From assembly GCA_038874135.1 (NCBI GenBank), contig JAVZCZ010000001.1:480001-544000 (forward strand): a stretch of 64,000 nucleotides of DNA, given 5' to 3'. The notes beneath the pieces were generated by a model. The model was not told where the DNA came from and did no database searches. It saw only the letters and a list, made by a program, of their open reading frames with translations. A program made the translations under genes and the position numbers. Source of the DNA: Candidatus Woesearchaeota archaeon (lineage in GTDB: Archaea; Nanobdellota; Nanobdellia; Woesearchaeales; 0-14-0-80-44-23). This document shows, one piece after another, positions 39,661 to 49,151 of the stretch (position 1 is the stretch's first letter; the number at the start of each line of letters is the position of its first letter).

Positions 39661-39903
39661 ATGGAAGTAGTTGCAAAGGTTGGTGTGAAGAAGGAAGACG
39701 GCTACCTGTATTTTATAGACAAGCAGGGAGACATCTCCAGAACAAAGATGGTAAGAGGAAGAGCCAAGAAGGGAAAGCAGAAGGCAGAAAAGGTTGCTAA
39801 GGTTGGAGTAAAGAAGGAGCCAGGATACCTCTACTTTGTAGACAAGAAGGGAAATGTCGCAAGGGCCAAGATGGTCCGAGGCGGAAGAAAGAAGAAGAGG
39901 TAA
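39661..39903 (+). CDS. small basic protein with an internal tandem duplication
   Basis: Two copies of VAKVGVKKExGYLYFxDKxGxxxRxKMVRG. Confidence 0.75.
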   Translation: MEVVAKVGVKKEDGYLYFIDKQGDISRTKMVRGRAKKGKQKAEKVAKVGVKKEPGYLYFVDKKGNVARAKMVRGGRKKKR

Positions 39904-39942
39904 AAAGAGCTAAATTTTCTATTTTTTTATTACCCTATATTT

Positions 39943-40278
39943 TTAGAAAACTCTTGACCTTCTCAAAATAGCGTCGAGTTCGGACTTGAGAAATGGTTTT
40001 GAAGGATTAAACATCCTCTTAAACTCTTTCCCCCTGAAAAGCAGAACCACAGTGGGAACTCTTGAAACTCCTAGCTGCTCTGCGAGGTCAGGATTACCGT
40101 CAATGTTGGAATTAAAAAAGAGAATTTTTCCTTCATACTCAGCTGAGAGCTCTTCAAAAGATTGAGAAAAACTTCTGCAAGCACTATCCCATAAAGTTGT
40201 AAAGCTGAGCGCCACAGGCAGAGAAGATCCTAAAACGTCCTTATCAAAATCTAACTTGTCCGCATTCTGAATCGGCAT
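39943..40278 (-). CDS. thioredoxin-fold protein lacking the CxxC motif (WDSAC)
   Basis: FDKDVL..PVALSF..WDSAC..NID.NPDLAEQLGVSRVPTVVLL. Confidence 0.75.
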   Translation of the reverse strand: MPIQNADKLDFDKDVLGSSLPVALSFTTLWDSACRSFSQSFEELSAEYEGKILFFNSNIDGNPDLAEQLGVSRVPTVVLLFRGKEFKRMFNPSKPFLKSELDAILRRSRVF

Positions 40279-40282
40279 AAGC

Positions 40283-41566
40283 TCACCTCTCAGCACGAAT
40301 CTCGCGGATACCATTCATATAGGGTATTAGGGCTCTTGGAATTAAAACAGAGCGGTCCTTCTGCTGATAATTTTCAAGTATAGCCCTCATTATCCTAGAA
40401 GTTGCTAAGCCAGTATTATTCAGAGTGTGCACATACTCCTTAGAACCATCCTTCTTCCTATACTTTATGTTAAGGCGAACTGCCTGGTACGAGGTGCAGT
40501 TTGAACATGAAGTAACCTCAGCGTACTTCCGCTCTCTTGGAAACCAGGCTTCAATATCATACTTCTTAGCAGCAATTATACCTATGTCTCCAGTGCAAAT
40601 GTTCACAACCCTGTAAGGTATCTCTAAAGCTTCAAGCAGCTCTTCAGAATTCCTCTGTATCTGCTCGTGAATCTTCCAGGAATCCTCCGGCTTACAAAAA
40701 ACAACCTGTTCAACCTTATTGAACTGGTGCATTCTGAAAAGCCCGCGTGTGTCAACCCCGTGGCTTCCAATCTCCTTCCTAAAACAGGGGCTTATGCCAA
40801 CATAAAATATTGGAAGCTCACTCTCATCAAAAACTTCACCAGCGTGCATCGCAACTATGGGATGCTCAGAAGTTGCAATCATAAAGAGGTCTTCACCTTC
40901 TATTTTGTACATCACATTCTGAAAATCCTCAAGAGATGTAACGCCCTCATAAGCCCTTCTGCCAAGCATAAAGGGAGGCTCCACAAGCCTAAACCCCTTC
41001 TTAAGAAGGTGATCTATTGCGAATCTCTGAAGGGCCAGGTCTAAAAGTGCAAGCTCGCCCTTCAAGTATACAAAGCCACTTCCAGAAACCTCGCCCGCCT
41101 TCTTAAAATCTGCAACTCCGAGCTGTTCTGCAAGCTCCCCGTGAGGAAGGAGCTCAAAATCAGGCACTTTTGGAAAACCCCACCTCTTAACCTCAACATT
41201 TTCTGAAGAGTCCTTCCCAACAGGCACAGAATCGTGAAGCATATTAGGAATTCGCATACGGTAATACAAGATTTTTTCCTCTATTGAAGCGACCTCTCCC
41301 TCTATGAGTTTTATCTGCTCGGGAATTGACGCTGCCTCTTTTAAAAGAGCAGAAACATCCTTACCCAATTTCTTATTCTCATTTATCTGCTTGGAAATAG
41401 AATTCCGCTGAGCCCTAAGCCGCTCCAGGCTCGAATTTAGTGATTTAAGCCTTGAATAAAGCTCAACTATCTCGTCAACCCACTTCTGCTTTTCCAGGTC
41501 ATTCCTCTTCTGAAGATTGCGCTTCACAACTTCAGGATGCTCTACAATAAATCTCAATTCCAACAT
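40283..41566 (-). CDS. serS: serine--tRNA ligase
   Basis: ATSEHP, CFRKEIG, GLFRMHQFNKVEQ, EVTSCSNC, HTLNNTG. Confidence 0.97.
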   Translation of the reverse strand: MLELRFIVEHPEVVKRNLQKRNDLEKQKWVDEIVELYSRLKSLNSSLERLRAQRNSISKQINENKKLGKDVSALLKEAASIPEQIKLIEGEVASIEEKILYYRMRIPNMLHDSVPVGKDSSENVEVKRWGFPKVPDFELLPHGELAEQLGVADFKKAGEVSGSGFVYLKGELALLDLALQRFAIDHLLKKGFRLVEPPFMLGRRAYEGVTSLEDFQNVMYKIEGEDLFMIATSEHPIVAMHAGEVFDESELPIFYVGISPCFRKEIGSHGVDTRGLFRMHQFNKVEQVVFCKPEDSWKIHEQIQRNSEELLEALEIPYRVVNICTGDIGIIAAKKYDIEAWFPRERKYAEVTSCSNCTSYQAVRLNIKYRKKDGSKEYVHTLNNTGLATSRIMRAILENYQQKDRSVLIPRALIPYMNGIREIRAER

Positions 41567-41668
41567 CTTACTCGCCCATTTACAAATACCTTAGGAAGTA
41601 TAAATAATTTACTAATGATTGGAAAAAATGGCAAAATTTTTATATGCACTACTAAAAATTTGCTCGCT

Positions 41669-42970
41669 ATGGAATTTCTAAGATACGAAGAAGTCCCCTT
41701 CGGCCACTGGGGAATAATAAACACTGAAAACTTTAAGAGAGAACTAATAAAAGAATACGGGCAGGACAACCCTGATGGAGCTGAAGCACTTAACAATTTC
41801 AGCCTTGAAGAGATAATTAAAAGAATGGAAGAAGAGGCGTGTCCAGCCCTGGAAAGGGTGCTCAGAAAGATTCCAAAAAAGAGATGGGACCTAACACTCT
41901 CAAAAAACATACGCCTAGAAGTAAATGGAAATAAAATTCTCCTAAACGACAAATACGACGGCAGATTTGCCCTGATAAGCGCAGTAAGGGGCTTGCGCCC
42001 AGTAGAATATTCTGAAAAGAAGGAAGAACCTAAACCTGAGCAGGACATATTTGCAAGGATAATCACGGGAGAAGACTACGCCATAACAATCGCAAAAGAC
42101 GAAAAAGAAGCAGAACACCCATTCAGCAAAAGCCCAAAAAAGGAAGAACTAACAAAGTACAAAGCAGTTACAATAATCAACAGGTTTCCCGCATACGCAA
42201 GAATAATTGACCAAACCCTCGAAGGATACATAAACGTGAAAATAGGTGGGAAACATACCAAAATCTCAAAGGGCATAAATCTTGTAACAATACCAATAGC
42301 ATACTACGAAAGAATAGAAGAAGCAAGTCCAGAAGAGCTTGGAGCAATGCTCTCCTCAATGAAAACCGCAATATCATATGTCAGAAGTGCTGCCGAAGCA
42401 GTAGGCATAAGATACATACCGACATACCCCTTCTTCAACATTGGAAAAAATGTCGGCGGAAGCCTAAAAAGACTACACGCACAGGCATACATAGACCTAA
42501 ACCAGGACGGCCATGGAAGCACAATGGAAGACATACTAAAAGCCTTTGAAGAACAGCAAAAAGAAGGCAGGTGCAAGTTCTGCATCCCAAGCGAGTGGCA
42601 GAAGCGCGAATTCTTAATATACGAAAACGAGTTCTGCTCAGCATACGCAACGAGAGCACCAATCAGAAACTTTGACACAAAAATAATACCAAAAAGGCAT
42701 GTAGAAGACATCACAATGCTCAGCAGAGAAGAACTAAACAGCATAGGAGAGGCACTAATAAGAATCTCAAAAGCCCTCAACAAGATAGGAGCACACCCTG
42801 ACAGAAACATACTAATATACCAGAGGCCATTCAACTACGAATCATTCTTCCACATGTTCATACAAGTACTCCCATTTGAAAATGTTGGCGGCATGGAAAT
42901 GATGGACGAAGCAAGAGTCGTAAGAGTAGACCCAGCGGACTTCGCAGAGAAAATGAGAGAGATTATATAG
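41669..42970 (+). CDS. GalT/HIT-superfamily nucleotidyltransferase (galactose-1-phosphate uridylyltransferase-like)
   Basis: NRFPA, FFNIGKNVGGSLKRLHAQ (HxHxQ variant), CKFC, IIPKRHV, FHMFIQVLP..GGME; likely start ATG 41669. Confidence 0.7.
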   Translation: MEFLRYEEVPFGHWGIINTENFKRELIKEYGQDNPDGAEALNNFSLEEIIKRMEEEACPALERVLRKIPKKRWDLTLSKNIRLEVNGNKILLNDKYDGRFALISAVRGLRPVEYSEKKEEPKPEQDIFARIITGEDYAITIAKDEKEAEHPFSKSPKKEELTKYKAVTIINRFPAYARIIDQTLEGYINVKIGGKHTKISKGINLVTIPIAYYERIEEASPEELGAMLSSMKTAISYVRSAAEAVGIRYIPTYPFFNIGKNVGGSLKRLHAQAYIDLNQDGHGSTMEDILKAFEEQQKEGRCKFCIPSEWQKREFLIYENEFCSAYATRAPIRNFDTKIIPKRHVEDITMLSREELNSIGEALIRISKALNKIGAHPDRNILIYQRPFNYESFFHMFIQVLPFENVGGMEMMDEARVVRVDPADFAEKMREII

Positions 42971-43029
42971 TCAATTTTTATAAAATTTAAAATAGAGTTT
43001 AATTCATAGCTATTGGTTTATTAAAAAAA

Positions 43030-46000
43030 TTAGCAAACATACTTAGTTGTTCCATCTGGTTGTTTAACTTTACAACTATTTCCAAAAGGATTAACGCTTG
43101 TTGGAGTTGGAAGTTTTTTAGTAGTACTATCCTCTACCATAGTAGTCACTTCGGTATTAGTAGTAGTCACTTCAGTATTAGTAGTTCCAGTACATCCAGT
43201 GATGCGTTTACATTTATAACAATCCTCATTAGGATTGCTACATGCATATTCACTTTTAACAGTGCATGCATAACAATTATCAGGATCAGATGGATCATCA
43301 GAGTAGCAGATGTATGGACAAGTGCAATAATAACACTTTCCTGAGCTGCAAGAGTATGTTGATGATAAATCTTGACAATGCGTACTAGAAGGAGGACTTA
43401 AAGCGCAGTTATAACCTGGATTGGATGTTGGGCAGGCGCTAACAACACCATCGCACTTATAGCAATAGTATCCTGCTGAACAGAAATATTCATTAGATAC
43501 ATTTGTGCAGCCGGTTGGAATTGGATTATTTGTTACATTCTTAACACACCTGAAAGTCCAAGCCTTAGTACTCATGTCTGGCACTCTTACACAGCGGGAG
43601 TCATAAGAAGTACAAGAACAATAATTGTGATATAGTGAATAACAATTATCAGGAGTGTTACAATTGGCTTCTGTGTAAGATTCAGGACATCCTCCATATA
43701 TGCTTGGACACTGTACATCTTGCGTTGTTGTAGGTGCGGCATAGCAGTGGTAGGAAGTTCCCTGATCGGTACAATTTTTATTAACTACAGCAGTTCTTAT
43801 CTTGAAGGTTTTGTTTGAGTATAATGGTCCGTTTCCAAAATTTAACCAGTTGCCCAGCCAGGGCACAAATTGGTCTGGATCATATACTCCGACTCGGACT
43901 GAACAGTTGTTGCAGTTTATGTTTGGAATGTTCCACTGGTATTTGTTAATGGATGTTGAAAGAGAGTACGCAATTGGTGAATTATCATTACTAATTTCCC
44001 AAGCGCTTCCATTGTAAAATATTATTCTTATTGGCTTGTCTGAGGGCAGGTTTGCTGAGGTCCATTCAATAGTGTAGGGTGCTCCGCCGGTTAGCTCTTC
44101 ACCGCTAGCTGGTTTAATAAGTGTTATTGCGGCTTCTATTGTCGGACTGCAATCTTCGGGACAGTTGCACCTATTCTCCAAAGAATCGCACACCCCGTTT
44201 CCACACTTTGCAGTGCAATACTCACCAGTTGCCTGGCTGCACCCTCCATTTGTGAGATTTGCTGAATTGTTAATTTTAGAAAGTCCGGGACAGCACTGCT
44301 TATTGTTAACAACTTGCTGTCCTTCTGAAATGCAGTCTTCAACTCTAACCTGAACTGTAGAATTCACAAGCTGCTTTCCATTTACAAGGGCTATGATGGT
44401 AATGTTATAAATACCTATTGATTGCGGAGTCCAGGAATAAGATTTCTGCCCTGAAGAGAGATATGCAATCATGGTTGAGGTACAAGTGTAGGAAGAGACT
44501 GCCCTTCCTGAAATTGGGATGCCCAGAACTGCTGCGCCTTGCAAATCTGAACCATGCTGAGTTGATGAGGGGTAAGTAATGACGCATTCTCCAGTCTCGT
44601 TGCAACCGCAACTTGCCCCTGCAGGGGGATGAATGGCGGGACAGGAATCTCCATTGTTTACTACTTTGCATTGATCGCCGCACCAGCTGCAAGAACAGCC
44701 CGTGAGCTTATTAATAATTACGCAAGCGCCTTCTATGCATTGACCATCGCAGTTGTGAGTCTCATTCTTAACACTACTTCCTTCACAGTAATATTCTGTC
44801 AGAATGTTGGCAGCGCAACTATCTGAGAATTCAAAGGTTCCTGAAGAATTAGTAATAGTAACCCTTCCTGCAGTGCTATAACTTAGTCCATTGTCGGAAT
44901 CAGTGCAGGTAGGACCTGAGACTATTGAAAAGGTATTGTTTACATACAACTGACGACCTCCCACAACAGCCCACATTAAATTACTAAGGTTGTATATACC
45001 AACCCTGATTAAACAGTTAGAACAAGAAGCCTGAGGAACAGTCCAGTCGTAGCCTACCTCTGCATTAATGTCAGCACGTATTGGAATGTTACTACTTAAA
45101 AAGCTCCAGCTGGACCCGTCATAGAATAGGATAGCCCACACTAGATTGGAAGTATCAACTCCGGAAACTTGATAACTTCCACTTATGTGATAAACAGAGC
45201 CGGCAGGCAAAACCTCTCCAGAACTAGGATTATTTAGATAAACAGAAGCTTGTGGAGAAAACTCGCCTGAAGCAGACTGCATGATAAAATCCTGACATTC
45301 CTCAGTTGAGGAGTTACAGACCTTTCCATCTGGACAGCCGCATTCTGTGCATTTATTCACCAATTGTAAGTTTTCACACTTCTTCGGTTTTGAAACAGAA
45401 CAGTCTCCCGCAAAAGTTCCATCATCGCAGGCAGAGACATCAGAGCAATTTGAAACATACACTGCAAAGTTGCTAACAAAATCAGCAGCCTCCCCCCTCA
45501 CATCCCAAGCGATTTGTACAGGGCTGTTAATGCCATGGACGCTGTCCTGAGCTGGGGCTGATATTGTCAGCTGCGCATTACAGGCTCTGCAGCTACCTCC
45601 GCAGTCAACGCCGAGCTCATCAGAATCCCTCACGCAGTTGTTACATTTGTTCAAAGAGCTGGCTTCCTCTCCAATTCGCAGCATTGCTGTCAGTTGAGGC
45701 CAGCTCTCAAGCAGGGATTCAAAGTTTGCTGACTGCGTCTTCTGCCTGTTTATGAAGTAGGAGCAGGATGCGTCCTTTACGCACGCTCCTTGATACTTTT
45801 TGTTTATCTGTTCGCAGATGTCTGTATTGAAGTTTGAATATTTTATTATGAGGAAGGTGTCTCCAGCCCAATCATATACTGAGCCCTTCACCTGCCTGCC
45901 ATTCACACTGGCTAGGTATATCCTGTTTGAGTTTATGTTGCTGAACTGGAGCTGGTCGTTCTGACCGCTTCGGAAGAGGGAGTTAAGTATCTGTTTGAAG

Positions 46001-48996
46001 AAGGCTATTATTGAAGACACTAAGGATTGTGAGAATTCAAAGTTTTGGTTACTGAAAATCATTAGTTGAAGCTTCGGATTGTACCATACGGACCTATCTG
46101 AACATGAAAAATACCTATCTTCTTGGGAGTTTACATTGTTGCAGAAGGTGCTCGTCCTATTTATAAGCTGCATCGTATCGTTTATTGGGATGTTTAGTGC
46201 GGTTCCTGCAATCACTCGCTCAGCCATAGAATCCTTATACCTGAGTATGCAGAAGCTGTTAAAGCATGGAAAGCCTACACCGTTGTTTGAACACTGCCTT
46301 AAAAGGTTTTGTGAAGCCGGCTGGTAGTCGTAATAGTTGAGGCTGTACTCGTATTCGTCGCAAAAGATTGTGTAATTTTGTATTGAGTTGGTTTTAGTGT
46401 AGTTGAGAAGGGCTGCTGCCACCAGCGAAGTCCTAGTTACCCAGTTACCATCATCACAATAATGATCCAAAATAAACTGCCCAGAATTCACACAGCGGGG
46501 CTTATCATTAGAAAAGTAGGCACTAACATTCCCATTCCTAGACAAATTCCCACCAGGATCCACAAGACACTGCGAAGCCTCCAAACAGCAGCCCGAAACC
46601 CCATCCCAAGTGTGCTTCTGAACGCACTTCTCACCGCCGCAGTTTTGACCATACCCAACATTACCATTGACATTACAGATTGAAGGACAAGTACAGCCCA
46701 AACCGCACGAGCAGTTAGTAGTGCAGTCGTTAAGAGGCTGAGTTGAAGTGCAGCCTCCAGTGCATCCTGAACTCGTGCAGGTCTGATCCGGCATCATAGT
46801 GCAACTCTGATATGCACACCTGTTTGAACTGCACGAGGGATTATAGTAGCATGTTGTAGATTCGTTATAGCTGGAACAGCAAGGCAGAGACTGAGAACAA
46901 TATTGATCCTTCTTAGGACCGCAGCCCTTAATGCCGCCACAGTTGTCACCATTAGGTATCTCCCCCTCCTTGTTACAGCCCTGAGGGCATAAGCAGCCGT
47001 AAGAGCACTGGCAGGTTCCACAATTATCTAAACTCAACCTGGAAGTGCACGCTTCACACCTTCCATTATTGCAAGTCAGCCCAGCATCACACTTCGTACC
47101 CACAACATAACAGCTTCCACCGCAGCCGTTACTTCCTGTATATGTGGTGCCGCAATCAACATTAGAAGGAGCAGGACAACTAGGAGTGCAGCCGCCACTA
47201 TTACAACTATCGTTCGGGTACCTATTAAGGCAAGAGTAATCAGCATTAACATTATCACAGCAACCATTCTGATCAGGATCTTTATAATTACACTTCCCAT
47301 TTATACAGCCCAAAACATTGCACTTCCCATTACTATTAGGCGAAACAGAACAAGAACCGCCAGAAGAACCGCCACAAGTTTCTCCATTAGCAATCGCTTG
47401 ACCACTCTTCACACAGCCGGAAGCAGCACAATAACATGCAAAATTGGTATTCGGAAGATTAGACTCCATACATGTACTAGTACAATCATTCAACTTCTTA
47501 AGACAACCCTTACCATCATCCCTCATCAGATAAGAACCATCCTCACACTGAGAACAATAACCGCCACTACACAACATATGATACTCGGTGCATGACAAAG
47601 CGCTAGCAGATTTACAGCCATCAGATGCACAATACTTTGGAATAACATTATTATTTCTGTCACACGAACTTGAAACAGTGGTGCCCCCACTAGTACAGGA
47701 AGTAACCGCAAAACGAGTAACTTGACTTGAAGAATTGCCAGAACAAGAACCGCCAGAAGAACCGCCACAAGTTTCTCCATTAGCAATCGCTTGACCACTC
47801 TTCACACAGCCGGAAGCAGCACAATAACATGCAAAATTGGTATTCGGAAGATTAGACTCCATACATGTACTAGTACAATCATTCAACTTCTTAAGACAAC
47901 CCTTACCATCATCCCTCATCAGATAAGAACCATCCTCACACTGAGAACAATAACCGCCACTACACAACATATGATACTCGGTGCATGACAAAGCGCTAGC
48001 AGATTTACAGCCATCAGATGCACAATACTTTGGAATAACATTATTATTTCTGTCACACGAACTTGAAACAGTGGTGCCCCCACTAGTACAGGAAGTAACC
48101 GCAAAACGAGTAACTTGACTTGAAGAATTGCCAGAACAGGAAGATGCACTTTGTACAGTCAGCTGTGCAGGAATACTTCCAGGACAAGAATAATATGTAT
48201 AGCTGCCTGAAGTTGAAGGTGCAGTAAAAGTTCCTTGGCCAATTCTTATCTGACTCCCTTTACAAACCATCGGATTTACAGGATTACACCCCTGAGAATC
48301 ACATATCTTAACCTGAGAAACATCTGCGCTAGTGTAGGTTGGGGTTAATTGCGCTGTAACCTGCCCCCCTGGAGCAACAGAAGCTGAAGAAAGAGAAAAA
48401 GAATAACCAATTTTGCACCCATCCTTAATATCTATCGTCCTTCTTACATAACCTGGAATGCACTTTGAACACGCTCCACTCTCACACATCGTGTTATAAT
48501 CCTCTAAGGTGCAGTTGTATGCTTTCTGAATGCATCCTCCGTTGCTGCAGAAAACATCTAGAACTTGAGTTTTATCTGCACTGCACTGATCAAACATTTG
48601 AGCAGAGACATCTGTACATGAATGGTACACAAACCTTGTGCCTCCCGATTGCCCTTGGCAGGGAATACAATCGTTGTTTAAACATTTCCCAAGAATTGTG
48701 CTTGGAGAAGTGGCTGCAACGCACGTTTGATAATCGCAAGCTGTACGATTCCATTTACAGTAATATACATAATTGCGTATATTTGAATCAAATGTATAAA
48801 GAAGATTTGCGCAATAATGACACATATACTTCCCTGCTAAATCATAATAGATATATGAATTAGAATCACTTCTTGATGTATCAATTTGATAACCCGAAGG
48901 AGGTAATTCTCCACATCCAGCATTAACATTTACAGATACAATTATGATGAAAAGAGTAATTAATGAGATAATTAAATAAAGCGAGCTATTTTTCAT
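43030..48996 (-). CDS. giant (~1990 aa) secreted Cys-rich mosaic surface protein
   Basis: Signal peptide MKNSSLYLIISLITLFIIIVSVNVNA; dense Cys repeats; two Ig-like modules (PxSGExLxxG..Y..I..FYxGSxW..W); core shared with 49152..51794. Confidence 0.75.
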   Translation of the reverse strand: MKNSSLYLIISLITLFIIIVSVNVNAGCGELPPSGYQIDTSRSDSNSYIYYDLAGKYMCHYCANLLYTFDSNIRNYVYYCKWNRTACDYQTCVAATSPSTILGKCLNNDCIPCQGQSGGTRFVYHSCTDVSAQMFDQCSADKTQVLDVFCSNGGCIQKAYNCTLEDYNTMCESGACSKCIPGYVRRTIDIKDGCKIGYSFSLSSASVAPGGQVTAQLTPTYTSADVSQVKICDSQGCNPVNPMVCKGSQIRIGQGTFTAPSTSGSYTYYSCPGSIPAQLTVQSASSCSGNSSSQVTRFAVTSCTSGGTTVSSSCDRNNNVIPKYCASDGCKSASALSCTEYHMLCSGGYCSQCEDGSYLMRDDGKGCLKKLNDCTSTCMESNLPNTNFACYCAASGCVKSGQAIANGETCGGSSGGSCSGNSSSQVTRFAVTSCTSGGTTVSSSCDRNNNVIPKYCASDGCKSASALSCTEYHMLCSGGYCSQCEDGSYLMRDDGKGCLKKLNDCTSTCMESNLPNTNFACYCAASGCVKSGQAIANGETCGGSSGGSCSVSPNSNGKCNVLGCINGKCNYKDPDQNGCCDNVNADYSCLNRYPNDSCNSGGCTPSCPAPSNVDCGTTYTGSNGCGGSCYVVGTKCDAGLTCNNGRCEACTSRLSLDNCGTCQCSYGCLCPQGCNKEGEIPNGDNCGGIKGCGPKKDQYCSQSLPCCSSYNESTTCYYNPSCSSNRCAYQSCTMMPDQTCTSSGCTGGCTSTQPLNDCTTNCSCGLGCTCPSICNVNGNVGYGQNCGGEKCVQKHTWDGVSGCCLEASQCLVDPGGNLSRNGNVSAYFSNDKPRCVNSGQFILDHYCDDGNWVTRTSLVAAALLNYTKTNSIQNYTIFCDEYEYSLNYYDYQPASQNLLRQCSNNGVGFPCFNSFCILRYKDSMAERVIAGTALNIPINDTMQLINRTSTFCNNVNSQEDRYFSCSDRSVWYNPKLQLMIFSNQNFEFSQSLVSSIIAFFKQILNSLFRSGQNDQLQFSNINSNRIYLASVNGRQVKGSVYDWAGDTFLIIKYSNFNTDICEQINKKYQGACVKDASCSYFINRQKTQSANFESLLESWPQLTAMLRIGEEASSLNKCNNCVRDSDELGVDCGGSCRACNAQLTISAPAQDSVHGINSPVQIAWDVRGEAADFVSNFAVYVSNCSDVSACDDGTFAGDCSVSKPKKCENLQLVNKCTECGCPDGKVCNSSTEECQDFIMQSASGEFSPQASVYLNNPSSGEVLPAGSVYHISGSYQVSGVDTSNLVWAILFYDGSSWSFLSSNIPIRADINAEVGYDWTVPQASCSNCLIRVGIYNLSNLMWAVVGGRQLYVNNTFSIVSGPTCTDSDNGLSYSTAGRVTITNSSGTFEFSDSCAANILTEYYCEGSSVKNETHNCDGQCIEGACVIINKLTGCSCSWCGDQCKVVNNGDSCPAIHPPAGASCGCNETGECVITYPSSTQHGSDLQGAAVLGIPISGRAVSSYTCTSTMIAYLSSGQKSYSWTPQSIGIYNITIIALVNGKQLVNSTVQVRVEDCISEGQQVVNNKQCCPGLSKINNSANLTNGGCSQATGEYCTAKCGNGVCDSLENRCNCPEDCSPTIEAAITLIKPASGEELTGGAPYTIEWTSANLPSDKPIRIIFYNGSAWEISNDNSPIAYSLSTSINKYQWNIPNINCNNCSVRVGVYDPDQFVPWLGNWLNFGNGPLYSNKTFKIRTAVVNKNCTDQGTSYHCYAAPTTTQDVQCPSIYGGCPESYTEANCNTPDNCYSLYHNYCSCTSYDSRCVRVPDMSTKAWTFRCVKNVTNNPIPTGCTNVSNEYFCSAGYYCYKCDGVVSACPTSNPGYNCALSPPSSTHCQDLSSTYSCSSGKCYYCTCPYICYSDDPSDPDNCYACTVKSEYACSNPNEDCYKCKRITGCTGTTNTEVTTTNTEVTTMVEDSTTKKLPTPTSVNPFGNSCKVKQPDGTTKYVC
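43141..43182. repeat. 2 x 21-bp tandem repeat encoding TNTEVTT
   Basis: AGTAGTCACTTC(G/A)GTATTAGT twice. Confidence 0.85.
45596..45641. repeat. 46-bp dispersed repeat identical to 50611..50656
   Basis: CCTCCGCAGTCAACGCCGAGCTCATCAGAATCCCTCACGCAGTTGT present in both paralogues. Confidence 0.9.
46397..46620. repeat. 224-bp dispersed repeat, copy 1 (copy 2 at 51454..51677)
   Basis: Aligned by eye: 3 substitutions in 224 bp. Confidence 0.92.
47346..48138. repeat. in-frame 393-bp tandem duplication (131 aa)
   Basis: 47346..47738 is repeated from 47739; the translated units are identical. Confidence 0.95.
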
Positions 48997-49151
48997 TTTT
49001 ATCTCTTTCTCATCAAAATATGTTGCTCCACAAGTATTATTTCTACTCAATTCGGTTTCACATTTTTTATATTTTTAAATTTTTCTTTTTTAAACTAGTT
49101 ATAAATCTATTTTAGGTAAATTTATTTTAGGTTTTTAGGCAAGAGAATTTT

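Noticed and set aside
39661-39903. Assignment to a known chromatin family (Cren7, CC1, Alba, histone)
   Set aside because: No motif match that I can recognise; left unnamed
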